64,000 nt of DNA, taken from Marinobacter antarcticus (GTDB lineage: Bacteria > Pseudomonadota > Gammaproteobacteria > Pseudomonadales > Oleiphilaceae). The first letter of the stretch is position 1; every line of letters begins with the position of its first letter. The position numbers were made by a program, and so were the translations under genes. Positions 26,567 to 35,954 of the stretch are shown one piece after another. The notes beneath the pieces were generated by a model. The model was not told where the DNA came from. It did no database searches and saw only the letters and a program-made list of their open reading frames with translations. The stretch spans positions 11,952 through 75,951 of the forward strand of contig NZ_DRGY01000100.1 in NCBI RefSeq assembly GCF_011049865.1, given 5' to 3'.

Positions 26567-28105
26567 TTAAAAGGTGTATGCTACGCCCGTCGAGAACGCT
26601 AGAACACTGTCTTCATCTTCTCCAGCCGGAATAAAGTTGGTTAAACCGGCCAGTGTCTGTTCGTCAGTCCAAGTGTATTCCGTGGCAAATGAAATCACCC
26701 AGTCTGGAACCGGACGATAGGCCAGGCCAAGGGTGACGCGATTAACAATAGAGCTTTTCTCTTTTTCGAGGTTGGTGATCTGGCGATTGGAGAACTCAAT
26801 ACCGGTTATCCTATTGCGAACAACAACCTGCTCCATGCGAACGGTCGGTTCAAGAGAGGGGTTGCCGAAACCACGCCCTAGAAAGGTATTGTCCAATGCT
26901 TTCGGCCAGAATGGGTAACGAGCTTCTATCCAATAACCTGTGCGGCTTTCAGCGAGCCCGCCGAGCGTGATTTCGCTAACGACTTCTGTGGTTTCACCGC
27001 CTTCGGCACTGATCTTTGCCTCCACTTCTTTATCTACAGCGGCACGGGCGAAACTGGCAGCAACGTCATCAATATTGCCCCAATCGGTGTGAACAACCTC
27101 GTATTCAAATTCAAACCCACCAAAAGTATGAAGCCCATCAACGGCAACTGACCACACCGACTCAGAGTCCATGAAATCCGGCGTATAGCGTCCGTAATAT
27201 CCAGAAACGGCGAATTCCTGTCCCGGTTCAGGCAACAGGCCCAGCCGCCCAGTAATGGCTTTATTGCCGTTAAGATCGTTGGAAAATCCGCCGCGGGAAG
27301 GGGCAAATCCAGCTTCAAATTTGGTGACACCTATCGTTGAGTTGCCAGCAGGTTCGGCTGCTACTTCGCCCTCGAATTCGAAGTCGAGGTTGACGCCGTT
27401 TACTGCGTAAAGTCGGTAGTCAACCAGGCCCGCCCGGGTTTCTACCAGTCCTGAAAAACCCAGCCCCAGTTCTGGCCATGCGGCCTTGTTTGGCAAGACG
27501 GGCGCACCCCTGTCTACCAGAGTACGACGAGTCAAATTCCATTGATTGTCATCATGATTGATATTAAAGCGGCCTAAAGGAACAAGCAGGGCACCCATGT
27601 CCAGATTGACGCTGTCATTGATACGATATCTTGCCCAGGCCTGTTCCATCGATATTTCTGAGCCATTGGTTCCTTCGATTGCCTGTCCTGCAGAGAAACC
27701 ATCAGACCCTGCCGAAGCTCCTTTTTCCAGCTCAATTGCGCCAAACCGCTCAAATTCCAACTCGAAGTAAGCTTCAAGGCGGTCGTTAATTTTACCGTCG
27801 CCCGTCAAAACAAAACGTCGAAAAGTAAAGGTGTCCTGGTCGGCGTCCAAGTTGTTTGATTCGGCGCGGATCGAACCGTATCCACCTATATGAAAGTCCC
27901 TTGCGCCAGACTGCACAGAGCCATTGTCGCTAACCTTGGACTCGCCAGACGAATTCATCGAATCTTCCAGGGTCTCGATCCGCTTCTGCTGCTCTTCGAT
28001 TACCTGCCACAACTGTTCATCGCTATTACTAGCCTCTTCGGCAATAACGATAGGTGTCGCCAAACTTCCCGCCAGCCCGAAAACAAAAGCCGTTCTTTTA
28101 ATCAC
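26567..28105 (-). CDS. Outer-membrane beta-barrel/porin with N-terminal coiled coil
   Basis: GTG start at 28105 with GGAG RBS; signal peptide; EEQQKRIETLE coil; GGYG, ELEFE; C-terminal GVAYTF. Confidence 0.8.
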   Translation of the reverse strand: MIKRTAFVFGLAGSLATPIVIAEEASNSDEQLWQVIEEQQKRIETLEDSMNSSGESKVSDNGSVQSGARDFHIGGYGSIRAESNNLDADQDTFTFRRFVLTGDGKINDRLEAYFELEFERFGAIELEKGASAGSDGFSAGQAIEGTNGSEISMEQAWARYRINDSVNLDMGALLVPLGRFNINHDDNQWNLTRRTLVDRGAPVLPNKAAWPELGLGFSGLVETRAGLVDYRLYAVNGVNLDFEFEGEVAAEPAGNSTIGVTKFEAGFAPSRGGFSNDLNGNKAITGRLGLLPEPGQEFAVSGYYGRYTPDFMDSESVWSVAVDGLHTFGGFEFEYEVVHTDWGNIDDVAASFARAAVDKEVEAKISAEGGETTEVVSEITLGGLAESRTGYWIEARYPFWPKALDNTFLGRGFGNPSLEPTVRMEQVVVRNRITGIEFSNRQITNLEKEKSSIVNRVTLGLAYRPVPDWVISFATEYTWTDEQTLAGLTNFIPAGEDEDSVLAFSTGVAYTF

Positions 28106-28264
28106 AATGATATCTCCGTCATCCATTGAAGTGGGTGCCCATACCGAGGCTCTGATAGACGACATGAGTTTACGGACCTGGCTGATAAATGTAAACGATA
28201 ACAATTTATATTCAGTATAAAACCCCAGGCAATGTATAACTGTTAAGGTGATTGATATCAGGCA

Positions 28265-29212
28265 CTAAAAAAGCTCGGAATCCAATGGACAGGTCTCGAC
28301 TTCCACGGTCACATGCACGAGCGACGAATTATTTGTTCGGATGCGGTCGCGATAATGTCCGGGCGACTGCGGGTTATGGGTAACGACCGCGGCAATAGCA
28401 GCGTATAGATTCGGCCCAATCGACCACACATGAAGGTCACTTAGCCGCGTATCACCGCACTCCACCACACGCTTTATGTCCTGCTCGATAGCAGTCTGTT
28501 GCTGATCAAGCAATACGCTCGAAGTTGCCTGCAACAATCCCCAGGACCAGCGAGTGATGAGAATAGCACCAACAATGCCCATGGCGGGGTCCATCCAGTT
28601 CCAACCGGCGTATTTGCCGGCAAGCAAGGCGACGATGGCCAGAACAGAGGTGAGCGCATCAGCCAACACGTGGAGATAGGCCGCACGGCGGTTGTGGTCG
28701 TGGTGGTCATGAGAGTGGTGTGAATCGTTTTCATGGTCGGCATGGCTGTGGTCATGGTGGTCTCCAAGAATCCATGCCGACACGCCGTTGACGATCAGTC
28801 CGATGATCGCTACGAAAATAGCGCCGTCAAACGAAATCGTTACCGGATGGATAAAGCGATCAATGCTTTCAACCACCATGAAGAGTGCGAATCCGGCCAA
28901 GAGTACGGCGCCCGTAAATCCTCCCAGCGCATTCACTTTGCCGGTACCAAAGCTGAAGCGCGAGCTCGCGGCGTTTTTCCTGGCATACGCGTAGGCAAAA
29001 GCAGCAATGCCCAGCGCCGTCGCATGCGATCCCATGTGTAGTCCGTCTGCAAGCAGTGCCATGGACCCATAAATCAGGCCTGCCGCAATTTCCCAGACCA
29101 TCATTACGAGTGTCAGCCCGACCACAATTAATGTGCGCTTTTCGCCAGACTGTTTCTGGTCTTGCCCAAAGGTGTGACCGTGATGCCATCGCGCCATTTG
29201 TTCTTCGTGCAT
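28265..29212 (-). CDS. dmeF: DmeF-type Co/Ni CDF efflux transporter
   Basis: MHEEQMARWHHGHTFG, ADGLHMGSHA, His-rich loop, AYLHVLADALTS. Confidence 0.9.
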   Translation of the reverse strand: MHEEQMARWHHGHTFGQDQKQSGEKRTLIVVGLTLVMMVWEIAAGLIYGSMALLADGLHMGSHATALGIAAFAYAYARKNAASSRFSFGTGKVNALGGFTGAVLLAGFALFMVVESIDRFIHPVTISFDGAIFVAIIGLIVNGVSAWILGDHHDHSHADHENDSHHSHDHHDHNRRAAYLHVLADALTSVLAIVALLAGKYAGWNWMDPAMGIVGAILITRWSWGLLQATSSVLLDQQQTAIEQDIKRVVECGDTRLSDLHVWSIGPNLYAAIAAVVTHNPQSPGHYRDRIRTNNSSLVHVTVEVETCPLDSELF

Positions 29213-29249
29213 GCGTCAGTGCTCCTGACCGAATAAGTTTTAGCCGACC

Positions 29250-29528
29250 CTACTTGAGGTAAGTGCGAATGACGTCGATCAGTTCATCGGCCCCCTCGCT
29301 GCGCTCGGCGTCGCTTTCGATGTCGGGATGAGCGACGTGCATCTGAATATGATCTTCCATGACTTCCGCCATGAGGCCATTCATGGCACCGCGCACAGCC
29401 GCGATCTGGTGTAGCACCTCGGCGCAGCCTTTGTCCGCCTCGATCGCACGTTCCAGTGCTTCGACTTGACCACGCATACGTCGTACGCGTCCCAGCAACT
29501 TGGGTTTGTTTTGAGTGATATGGCTCAT
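29250..29528 (-). CDS. dmeR: DmeR/RcnR/CsoR-family metal-sensing repressor
   Basis: LLGRVRRMRGQVEAL...GCAEVLHQIAAVRGA...EDHIQMH; directly upstream of dmeF. Confidence 0.9.
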   Translation of the reverse strand: MSHITQNKPKLLGRVRRMRGQVEALERAIEADKGCAEVLHQIAAVRGAMNGLMAEVMEDHIQMHVAHPDIESDAERSEGADELIDVIRTYLK

Positions 29529-29557
29529 GGGTGACTCATAGCATGGGTGACTCATAG
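29526..29557. repeat. Perfect 16-bp tandem duplication at the dmeR start
   Basis: catgggtgactcatag occurs twice (29526-29541 and 29542-29557). Confidence 0.9.
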
Positions 29558-29571
29558 ATAGTAATCTGAAT

Positions 29572-29597
29572 TATACAATAGGGGGCTAGGGTATATT
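29572..29597. promoter_or_regulatory. RcnR/CsoR/DmeR-type operator (G-tract flanked by ATA/TAT)
   Basis: tatacaatagggggctagggtatatt upstream of dmeR; reverse complement contains ATACCCTAGCCCCCTAT. Confidence 0.6.
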
Positions 29598-29746
29598 AAT
29601 AGCCAGAAATAACCAACCATCTCTATTGCCTCCAGCCTGGCTTTAACCTCGTTTCCCGGCCTTCCTTTAGCAAAAACATACTTTTGCAATGAATACAGTA
29701 TTTGGATAGTCTTCAAACCTGATTTGAGCAACTGATAAGTGAGTCT

Positions 29747-30127
29747 GTGTTTCTGAACCAAACCCAATCTGTCACTGGCAAAGCAATTTTGGTAGTCACA
29801 GTGCTGTCATTGCTTATCCTTTTTCGTGGTGCGTGGGCCTCGGATCAGAACGTTCACCAGGCTTCCCAAAGCCTGTCTTTGATCGAGTTCGCTCAAAATC
29901 ATGGGCATTTTCACGACTCTTCTCTTGATCACCTTCATATCGATTCCGTCGAGATGACCGACGGCGACCACTTGATGCTCCATGTGATGGGTGCGTTTGA
30001 AAACCATATGCCTTTGACTATTGCAGCGATGCCACTTCCTTCCGGGCGGGATGCGCCCGAATTGCAAAGACCTCCGTCGCCTCTGCCTGAGCAGGCGTCC
30101 TCGCTGTATCGCCCTCCGAAAGCCTGA
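29747..30127 (+). CDS. His-rich exported protein with C-terminal RPP motif (DUF2946/CzcI-like)
   Basis: Signal peptide, HGHFHD...DHLH...DHLMLH, ends SLYRPPKA. Confidence 0.6.
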   Translation: MFLNQTQSVTGKAILVVTVLSLLILFRGAWASDQNVHQASQSLSLIEFAQNHGHFHDSSLDHLHIDSVEMTDGDHLMLHVMGAFENHMPLTIAAMPLPSGRDAPELQRPPSPLPEQASSLYRPPKA

Positions 30128-30200
30128 AGTCCACATCGGATTTTGGCGCCATAGATAGCGCCGTTCACACGTTCTGATTTCACAATTCGGAGATAACCGG

Positions 30201-30926
30201 ATGTCATTTTTGCCGTTACTGCGCTTTTCCGGCGTAGACAGGCGTGGGCTTTTGCTTTTTGCGACTGCCTTCGTCAGCCTGTTCTTTTCCACTCTGCTCT
30301 TTGCCCATGGCGTTGAAGAAGGCGATGCCCTGTTCATTGAGCAAGCCAGCGGGGCACAGCTGTTGCCCTTTATCTATCTCGGTGCCAAGCACATGGTGAC
30401 CGGTTATGACCACCTACTGTTCCTGGCGGGGGTCATTTTCTTCCTGTATCGAATGAAAGATGTGGGCATCTACGTGACCCTGTTTGCCGTTGGCCACAGC
30501 GTCACGCTTTTGTATGGCGTGCTCAGCGAGACCAACGTCAACGCCTACATGGTCGATGCCATTATCGGATTTTCTGTGGTCTATAAGGCGATGGATAACC
30601 TCGGTGCTTTTCGGCGCTGGTTCGGGTTTCAACCCAACACCAAAGCGGCCGTTCTCATCTTCGGGTTCTTCCACGGCTTTGGTCTGGCGACCAAGCTTCA
30701 GGACTTTACGCTGTCTGAAGATGGCCTGGTGGCAAACATCCTCGCGTTCAATGTGGGCGTCGAGATCGGTCAGCTGATGGCGTTGAGCGTTATTCTGATT
30801 GCTATGAATTTCTGGCGCAGAACCGACTTTTTCCCGCGTCAGGCGTTGGCCGCCAACGTTCTTCTTATGAGTGCCGGCTTTATGTTGATGGGTTATCAAC
30901 TGACCGGTCTGTACACCGTTTCCTGA
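30201..30926 (+). CDS. HupE/UreJ-family membrane protein
   Basis: AHG after the signal, GAKHMVTGYDHLLF, FAVGHSVTL, GFFHGFGLA, FNVGVEIGQ. Confidence 0.88.
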   Translation: MSFLPLLRFSGVDRRGLLLFATAFVSLFFSTLLFAHGVEEGDALFIEQASGAQLLPFIYLGAKHMVTGYDHLLFLAGVIFFLYRMKDVGIYVTLFAVGHSVTLLYGVLSETNVNAYMVDAIIGFSVVYKAMDNLGAFRRWFGFQPNTKAAVLIFGFFHGFGLATKLQDFTLSEDGLVANILAFNVGVEIGQLMALSVILIAMNFWRRTDFFPRQALAANVLLMSAGFMLMGYQLTGLYTVS

Positions 30927-30937
30927 GGACATAGATC

Positions 30938-31534
30938 ATGCAAGACATTTCAAATATGGATCGCGAAGGGCTGCCATCGACAAAGAGGCTGATCAAGGCC
31001 ACCGGCGTTGCCGCTGTCATTGGCCTGCTGACTCTGATCATAGCTATTCTGCCTGCAGAATACGGTATTGATCCGACCGGGCTGGGAGGGGCTATGGGAC
31101 TGACCATGCTCAGCCAGGCAAATGCTGCGGAGCCGGCATCTTCGGAGGTTGGCTCATCGTCCGACAACCTGCTCGCGCTTTCCGCAGGCCCCGTGTGGAA
31201 GACGTCGGGCAAGCTGAGTTCAGACACAACAAGAGTCACTCTGAAACCGGGCGAGGGCCTTGAGGTAAAGGCCACCATGAAAGCAGGCGACCGCATGGTT
31301 TTCAGCTGGGCCTCAGAAGGTGGCCCCGTTAATTTCGACATGCACGGTGAACGTTATAACGACGGCGACAATTTCACCAGCTACTGGCAGGGAAGAAATG
31401 AACCCGCTGCAAACGGTGCTTTCGAGGCGCCATTTGACGGCACCCATGGCTGGTATTGGCGAAATCGCGGCGACGAGACGGTTACCATCGTGCTCCGAAC
31501 CAGCGGTTTTTACGACGGCATCACCAAGAAGTAA
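30938..31534 (+). CDS. Membrane-anchored hypothetical protein (PAEYGIDPTG / HGWYWRN family)
   Basis: One TM segment; LPAEYGIDPTG; FDMHGE; GTHGWYWRNR. Confidence 0.75.
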   Translation: MQDISNMDREGLPSTKRLIKATGVAAVIGLLTLIIAILPAEYGIDPTGLGGAMGLTMLSQANAAEPASSEVGSSSDNLLALSAGPVWKTSGKLSSDTTRVTLKPGEGLEVKATMKAGDRMVFSWASEGGPVNFDMHGERYNDGDNFTSYWQGRNEPAANGAFEAPFDGTHGWYWRNRGDETVTIVLRTSGFYDGITKK

Positions 31535-31563
31535 TCAATTAATCATCGTTAAGGAGTTATTCC

Positions 31564-31911
31564 ATGAAAAACATCATTCTTTCGTTCACAGTCGCTCTCG
31601 TTTTTTCATTCGCTGGACAGGCGTTTGCGGGTGCCGGGCATAGCCACGGCGTATCGGAGCCTATTTCCAAAGCACAGGCAACCCAGAAGGCAGCGACCGT
31701 AAAGCAGCAACTGATCAGTTCGAACCAGGTCTCTTCCGCATGGAGCGATATCGAAGGCAGTAGTGCCCAGCAACGTTCGAGCTCGGCCGGTAGCCTTTGG
31801 GTAGTGGAGTACGCCAACCCCAAGGCTACGGATGAGAACAAGTCCAGGCTGTTCGTGTTCGTCGATGAATTCGGCAACCCGGTTGGGGCGAACCACACCG
31901 GCGATCTGTAA
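31564..31911 (+). CDS. Secreted His-motif protein (DUF6488-like)
   Basis: Signal peptide followed by AGHSHG; ends GANHTG. Confidence 0.75.
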   Translation: MKNIILSFTVALVFSFAGQAFAGAGHSHGVSEPISKAQATQKAATVKQQLISSNQVSSAWSDIEGSSAQQRSSSAGSLWVVEYANPKATDENKSRLFVFVDEFGNPVGANHTGDL

Positions 31912-31929
31912 CATCCAGGCGGCATAATG

Positions 31930-31964
31930 AGGGCGTGCTACTCAATGGGTAGCACGCCCTTTTT
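31930..31964 (+). terminator. Rho-independent terminator
   Basis: agggcgtgctac-tcaatgg-gtagcacgccct followed by a T-tract, between convergent genes. Confidence 0.8.
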
Positions 31965-33348
31965 ATTTGGGCCAGTAGATATGATGATCGTCGATCACGA
32001 AGTCGTGTTCATGGATTTTGTGTGAATGTCTGTGGGTGTGGTGGTGGGGTTCTGGGCCCTCCCATCCTTCATGTTCGTGTTGATGATGCTCATCGTGGTA
32101 GTGGTAATGACCGTGAGTTACCGCGTGATGGGTATGCTCCAGATAATCCGGGTCCTGGCGCGGCCAGAGCAGTGCGGCAGTAACCACGGACAAGAGAGCT
32201 ATCGAACCCAGAACCATAAAAGCCCCCATTAATCCCACCTGAACACCGAGCCATCCGGCAAGGGGGTAGGTGACCAGCCAGCACGCATGGGACAGCGAAA
32301 ACTGGGCGGCGAACAGCGCCGGACGATCTTTCTCGCGACTTGATTGCGTCAACAATCGTCCCGCAGGTGTGAGGATCATCGACATCCCGGCTCCCATCAG
32401 AAACCACAGCAAAATCAGCAATGGAATCCCCGGCATTGTGGCCCCAGCCAGAACACTCAGGGAAAGAACGAATCCTCCAAACAACATGCAGGACCTCGGC
32501 TGAACCCTGCTCAGAATACCCGGCAGGGTGAGCGCCACTGCCATAGAACCACCACCTGCGGCTGCAAACGCGAGCGCTACCCATTCCTCGGCAAGCCCAA
32601 GATGGCTCCGTACATAAACGACGGTGTTGACGATTTGCATGGCCCCCGCAGAAGAGACCGCCATGCTCAGGGCAAGCAACCCTCGGAGTCTTGGTGTTTT
32701 CAGATAGATACGTGCGCCTTTGGTGACTCTCGTCCAGAAGGGCTCACCGAGAGAGTCGTCAGTGCGAGCGGGCAAGGTGACGGATAGGACGAAAGCGGCG
32801 GAAAGGACAAAGGCAAAACCATTCATCAGAAACAGTACATCAAACGTCATGATGGTAATCAGAGCCGCCGCTAGCATCGGACTCAGCAGGTTCTCCAGAT
32901 CGTAAGCCAGACGGGACAGCGACAGCGCCTTGGTGTACTCAGCTTGATCCGTCACGATATCAGGGATGGTTGCCTGGAAAACCGGCGTGAAGCCGGCCGA
33001 AAAAACGTTGAGAACAAACACCAGCGTATAGATCTGCCAAACCTCAGTGACGAAAGGCAGAACCGCCACCACGCAGGCTCGCAGGATATCCAGCGTTACC
33101 AGCAGAGAGCGGCGCGGAAGTTTCTGGGCAACAGCGCCAAACAGCGGCGCGATGACCACATAGGCGATCATTTTAAGCGCCAGCGCAATGCCGAGCACCT
33201 GGCCCGCATTGCCGCCCGCCAGATCATAGGCCAGGAGCGCCAGCGCAACCGTCGTCAGGCCGGTCCCCGCCAGCGCGATTACCTGAGCACTGAAAAGGCG
33301 CTTGTAGGTACGAATTCTAAGTGGGGAGAAGATACCCAGTCGGTACAC
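31963..33348 (-). CDS. MFS transporter with His-rich C-terminal tail (NreB-like)
   Basis: LFSAQVIALAGTG, YTKALSLSRLAYDLE, FAAQFSLSHACW; tail HHAVTHGHYHYHDEHHQHEH...DDHHIYWP. Confidence 0.85.
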   Translation of the reverse strand: MYRLGIFSPLRIRTYKRLFSAQVIALAGTGLTTVALALLAYDLAGGNAGQVLGIALALKMIAYVVIAPLFGAVAQKLPRRSLLVTLDILRACVVAVLPFVTEVWQIYTLVFVLNVFSAGFTPVFQATIPDIVTDQAEYTKALSLSRLAYDLENLLSPMLAAALITIMTFDVLFLMNGFAFVLSAAFVLSVTLPARTDDSLGEPFWTRVTKGARIYLKTPRLRGLLALSMAVSSAGAMQIVNTVVYVRSHLGLAEEWVALAFAAAGGGSMAVALTLPGILSRVQPRSCMLFGGFVLSLSVLAGATMPGIPLLILLWFLMGAGMSMILTPAGRLLTQSSREKDRPALFAAQFSLSHACWLVTYPLAGWLGVQVGLMGAFMVLGSIALLSVVTAALLWPRQDPDYLEHTHHAVTHGHYHYHDEHHQHEHEGWEGPEPHHHTHRHSHKIHEHDFVIDDHHIYWPK

Positions 33349-33371
33349 CTTATTAACCTCATATCTTCCGA

Positions 33372-33809
33372 TCAGTTTTTCACCGTCCGATTCCGATACG
33401 TCTCAAGATCGGCTCGCAGCGGCTCCAGGTCATAGCCGACTGCACTGGCTTTGCCAAGCAGGTCCGTGACCGGATGGTGAGCCGCATTGGCATAGGCCCA
33501 CAAGTGGATGGCGCGCTTACCGGTGCGACAATAGCCCAGAACCGGGTCCGTGGATGATTGCAACGCGCTGGCAAAAGCCTCGATGTCCTCTGGGGCGTAC
33601 TTTCCCGGTTCGACCGGAATTTCGTACCAGGTGATGCCGAGCGACTCTGCCTTGTTTTTCAGGGTTTCGGTATCAGGCTGGTCGTCCGTTTCATTTCTGG
33701 GTCGGCTGGCAATAATCGTGCGGAAACCCGCGTTTGCCAGTTGTTCAATGTCGTCAATACCAGGTTGCGCCATTACGCTGAATCGCTCATCAACTTGTTT
33801 GATATCCAT
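33372..33809 (-). CDS. TIGR01244/DUF442 sulfur transferase (PTP-like fold)
   Basis: AGFRTII, RPxxE, YCRTGKRA (CX5R). Confidence 0.85.
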   Translation of the reverse strand: MDIKQVDERFSVMAQPGIDDIEQLANAGFRTIIASRPRNETDDQPDTETLKNKAESLGITWYEIPVEPGKYAPEDIEAFASALQSSTDPVLGYCRTGKRAIHLWAYANAAHHPVTDLLGKASAVGYDLEPLRADLETYRNRTVKN

Positions 33810-33829
33810 CGAAGATCTCCTTTAATCTT

Positions 33830-34260
33830 GGATTCATAGAATAAGTGCAGCACCACCTGTTTTCAGAGTGCCTGAATGCTCATCCCAGAATATCTCTGCC
33901 GGAGTGTGATGTCCAAGTCGCTTTCTGGGCCGATTGTTAAGCTTATCCACCACCCGCTTTAGCTAGGCTTCTGTGACATTCCTGAAGTCCGTTCCCTTCG
34001 GGAAATATTGCAGGATCAGGCCGTTGGTATTCTCATTAATGCCGCGTTGACTTGAACGGCACGGATCACAGAAATACGTGCTGGCTGTGACCGTCATCCC
34101 AACGCACCGGTGCTCCGCAAACTCTGAGCCATTATCCAGTGTCAGTGTCTTCACAGCGCCTCTGAGAGGCCGCAGCATCCGGATCATGGCATCCGCCGTC
34201 GGGCCCGCCCTCCCAGTCTCCGATCTACAGTCGCTGCTCAACTGCGCTTCAACTCACAGC
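33830..34260 (-). mobile_element. IS30-family remnant: internally deleted, C-terminal transposase fragment with an in-frame stop
   Basis: TLTLDNGSEFA, QRGINENTNGL...FPKGT; TAG at 33963-33965 followed in frame by LKRVVDKLNNRPRKRLG. IR-like ends ggattcatagaataagtgcagc and (reverse complement) gctgtgagttgaagcgcag. Confidence 0.8.
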
Positions 34261-34411
34261 TAACCGTTGAGCTGTGACAACCCAGTGTTTGGGCTATTTG
34301 GCGCAAGCTTCGTCCCGCATTCATCCACGCTAAAACCTGATATCGTGACCCTCGGGTCAAAAGGGGCTGCGGGTTTGGGCACAGTAGAGACGCTAGTCCT
34401 AGAGCAAACGA

Positions 34412-34463
34412 AAACATAGAGACATAAAACCTATTGACTATCGGTTTTTATGCCTCTATGTTT
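34412..34463 (+). promoter_or_regulatory. About 20-bp inverted repeat over a TTGACT-17-TATGTT promoter; candidate BlaI-type operator 1
   Basis: aaacatagagacataaaacc-tattgactatc-ggtttttatgcctctatgttt. Confidence 0.65.
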
Positions 34464-34505
34464 ATTTGGGTGCAAATTGATAGTTCAACGCAACGGTATT
34501 GACCG

Positions 34506-34922
34506 ATGGTAACAAAATCCATGCAACTGGGTGAGCTTGAAAAATTAGTGCTTAATTATCTGTGGCGCGAGCACATAGCGGATGCGAAACAGGTACATAG
34601 CCACTTTGAGCCACGCCGTGGTGGCACCTTAAATACCATTCAATCCACGTTGGATCGTCTATATAAAAAGGGCCTGTTGACGCGTGTAAAAAGCGGCCAT
34701 GCGTTTAATTACTCACCTTCTGTCGAACGCAAAGCGCTGTTGGGCTCTCTCATTCAAACCATTACAGAAGAGCTGGCCAAAAATGATGCCGACGCGGTGC
34801 TGGAAGCCTTCGTGGATATTTCTGTCAATATTGATGAAGAAAGTTTACAGCGCCTAGAGCATTTAATCGCCAGCAAAAAGGCGGAGCGCAAGAAAAACCA
34901 AAAACAAAGAAAGCCAGTATGA
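34506..34922 (+). CDS. BlaI/MecI/CopY-family repressor
   Basis: LGELEKLVLNYLW...TIQSTLDRLYKKG; no C-terminal CxC. Confidence 0.88.
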   Translation: MVTKSMQLGELEKLVLNYLWREHIADAKQVHSHFEPRRGGTLNTIQSTLDRLYKKGLLTRVKSGHAFNYSPSVERKALLGSLIQTITEELAKNDADAVLEAFVDISVNIDEESLQRLEHLIASKKAERKKNQKQRKPV

Positions 34923-35872
34923 ACTTGGTGATGCATAGTTTATTTCTTATTTCAGTCGCGGTCTTAAGCTTCAGTGTTGCCAGTGCGCTCATAGCCCATG
35001 CATTTTTGCGATGGTCTAATCAGTTTAATCCTCGCTCACGATTATTTTTACTGCGCCTATTTGCTGCTTGGCCGCTATTAGGTGGCTTGGTAATTGGAGT
35101 CATGGTTTCACTCCCGTCAATCTATCATGACTCTAAATTGCCATTCGATCATTGTCACAATCCCGGTGGCTGCGTAATGCAACCCGCATCACATATGCTC
35201 TCTATCGGGGAATTCACGCTTTTCATTGGGCTATTGGGGCTTCTCTTCTGGGCTACTATCAACGCGTTATTACAGTGGCGTCGCGCTTACGCACTAGCTG
35301 ATTCGATCGAAACCAACACCTATGCAACGCTGGCACCGGATATCCATGTAGTGGAGGCAACGCAGCCCCTGGCGTTCTCAGTGGGTCTCTTTAAGCCGGT
35401 CGCAGCCCTGTCCACCGAACTTATACGATTATTAACACCTCAACAGTTGGACATTATCTGTAATCATGAACAAGTACATTTGCGTCATTATGATAATGGC
35501 TATAAATGGGCGTTACGTTTGTTATGTGCCTTTCATTGGCCACGGGTTAAACGAGCCATTTTATCAGAACATGCCGTTACCTTGGAGCTTCGGGCGGATC
35601 AGCACGTGGCACAACACACCGAAGATCCTATTGCTGTCGCCGAGACAATCGTTGTCATGCAGCGACTCATAAAGCCGCTCAAAACTAGCGAGCCAGTGTG
35701 TCAATTTGTGGGCTCGGCTTTGGAGCGACGTGTGCAGTATTTATTAGCTCAGTCGCCAAGTCGTGATCTTCCTAAATGTTCAGCGGCTCTTTGTTTAATA
35801 ACCGCTATTGTCATCATTACTAGCGGCGCCGCACCGATACACAACGCTCTAGAAGCCATATTAAGAGCTTAA
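34919..35872 (+). CDS. BlaR1-like M56 membrane metallopeptidase
   Basis: HEQVH (HExxH), ELRAD, LERRV; periplasmic DHCHNPGGC loop; no penicillin-binding sensor domain. Confidence 0.85.
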   Translation: MNLVMHSLFLISVAVLSFSVASALIAHAFLRWSNQFNPRSRLFLLRLFAAWPLLGGLVIGVMVSLPSIYHDSKLPFDHCHNPGGCVMQPASHMLSIGEFTLFIGLLGLLFWATINALLQWRRAYALADSIETNTYATLAPDIHVVEATQPLAFSVGLFKPVAALSTELIRLLTPQQLDIICNHEQVHLRHYDNGYKWALRLLCAFHWPRVKRAILSEHAVTLELRADQHVAQHTEDPIAVAETIVVMQRLIKPLKTSEPVCQFVGSALERRVQYLLAQSPSRDLPKCSAALCLITAIVIITSGAAPIHNALEAILRA

Positions 35873-35914
35873 CCGAATAAAAATGATCAATGGAGTTTAT
35901 TTTAAATATAAAAC

Positions 35915-35954
35915 GACGCACAAAATACCGATTGCCAGTCGGTTTTTATGCGTC
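35915..35954 (+). promoter_or_regulatory. Second copy of the operator-like inverted repeat, upstream of RND system 2
   Basis: gacgcacaaaatacc-gattgccagtc-ggtttttatgcgtc; shares the ATTGxCxxTCGGTTTTTATGC core with 34433-34453. Confidence 0.55.
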
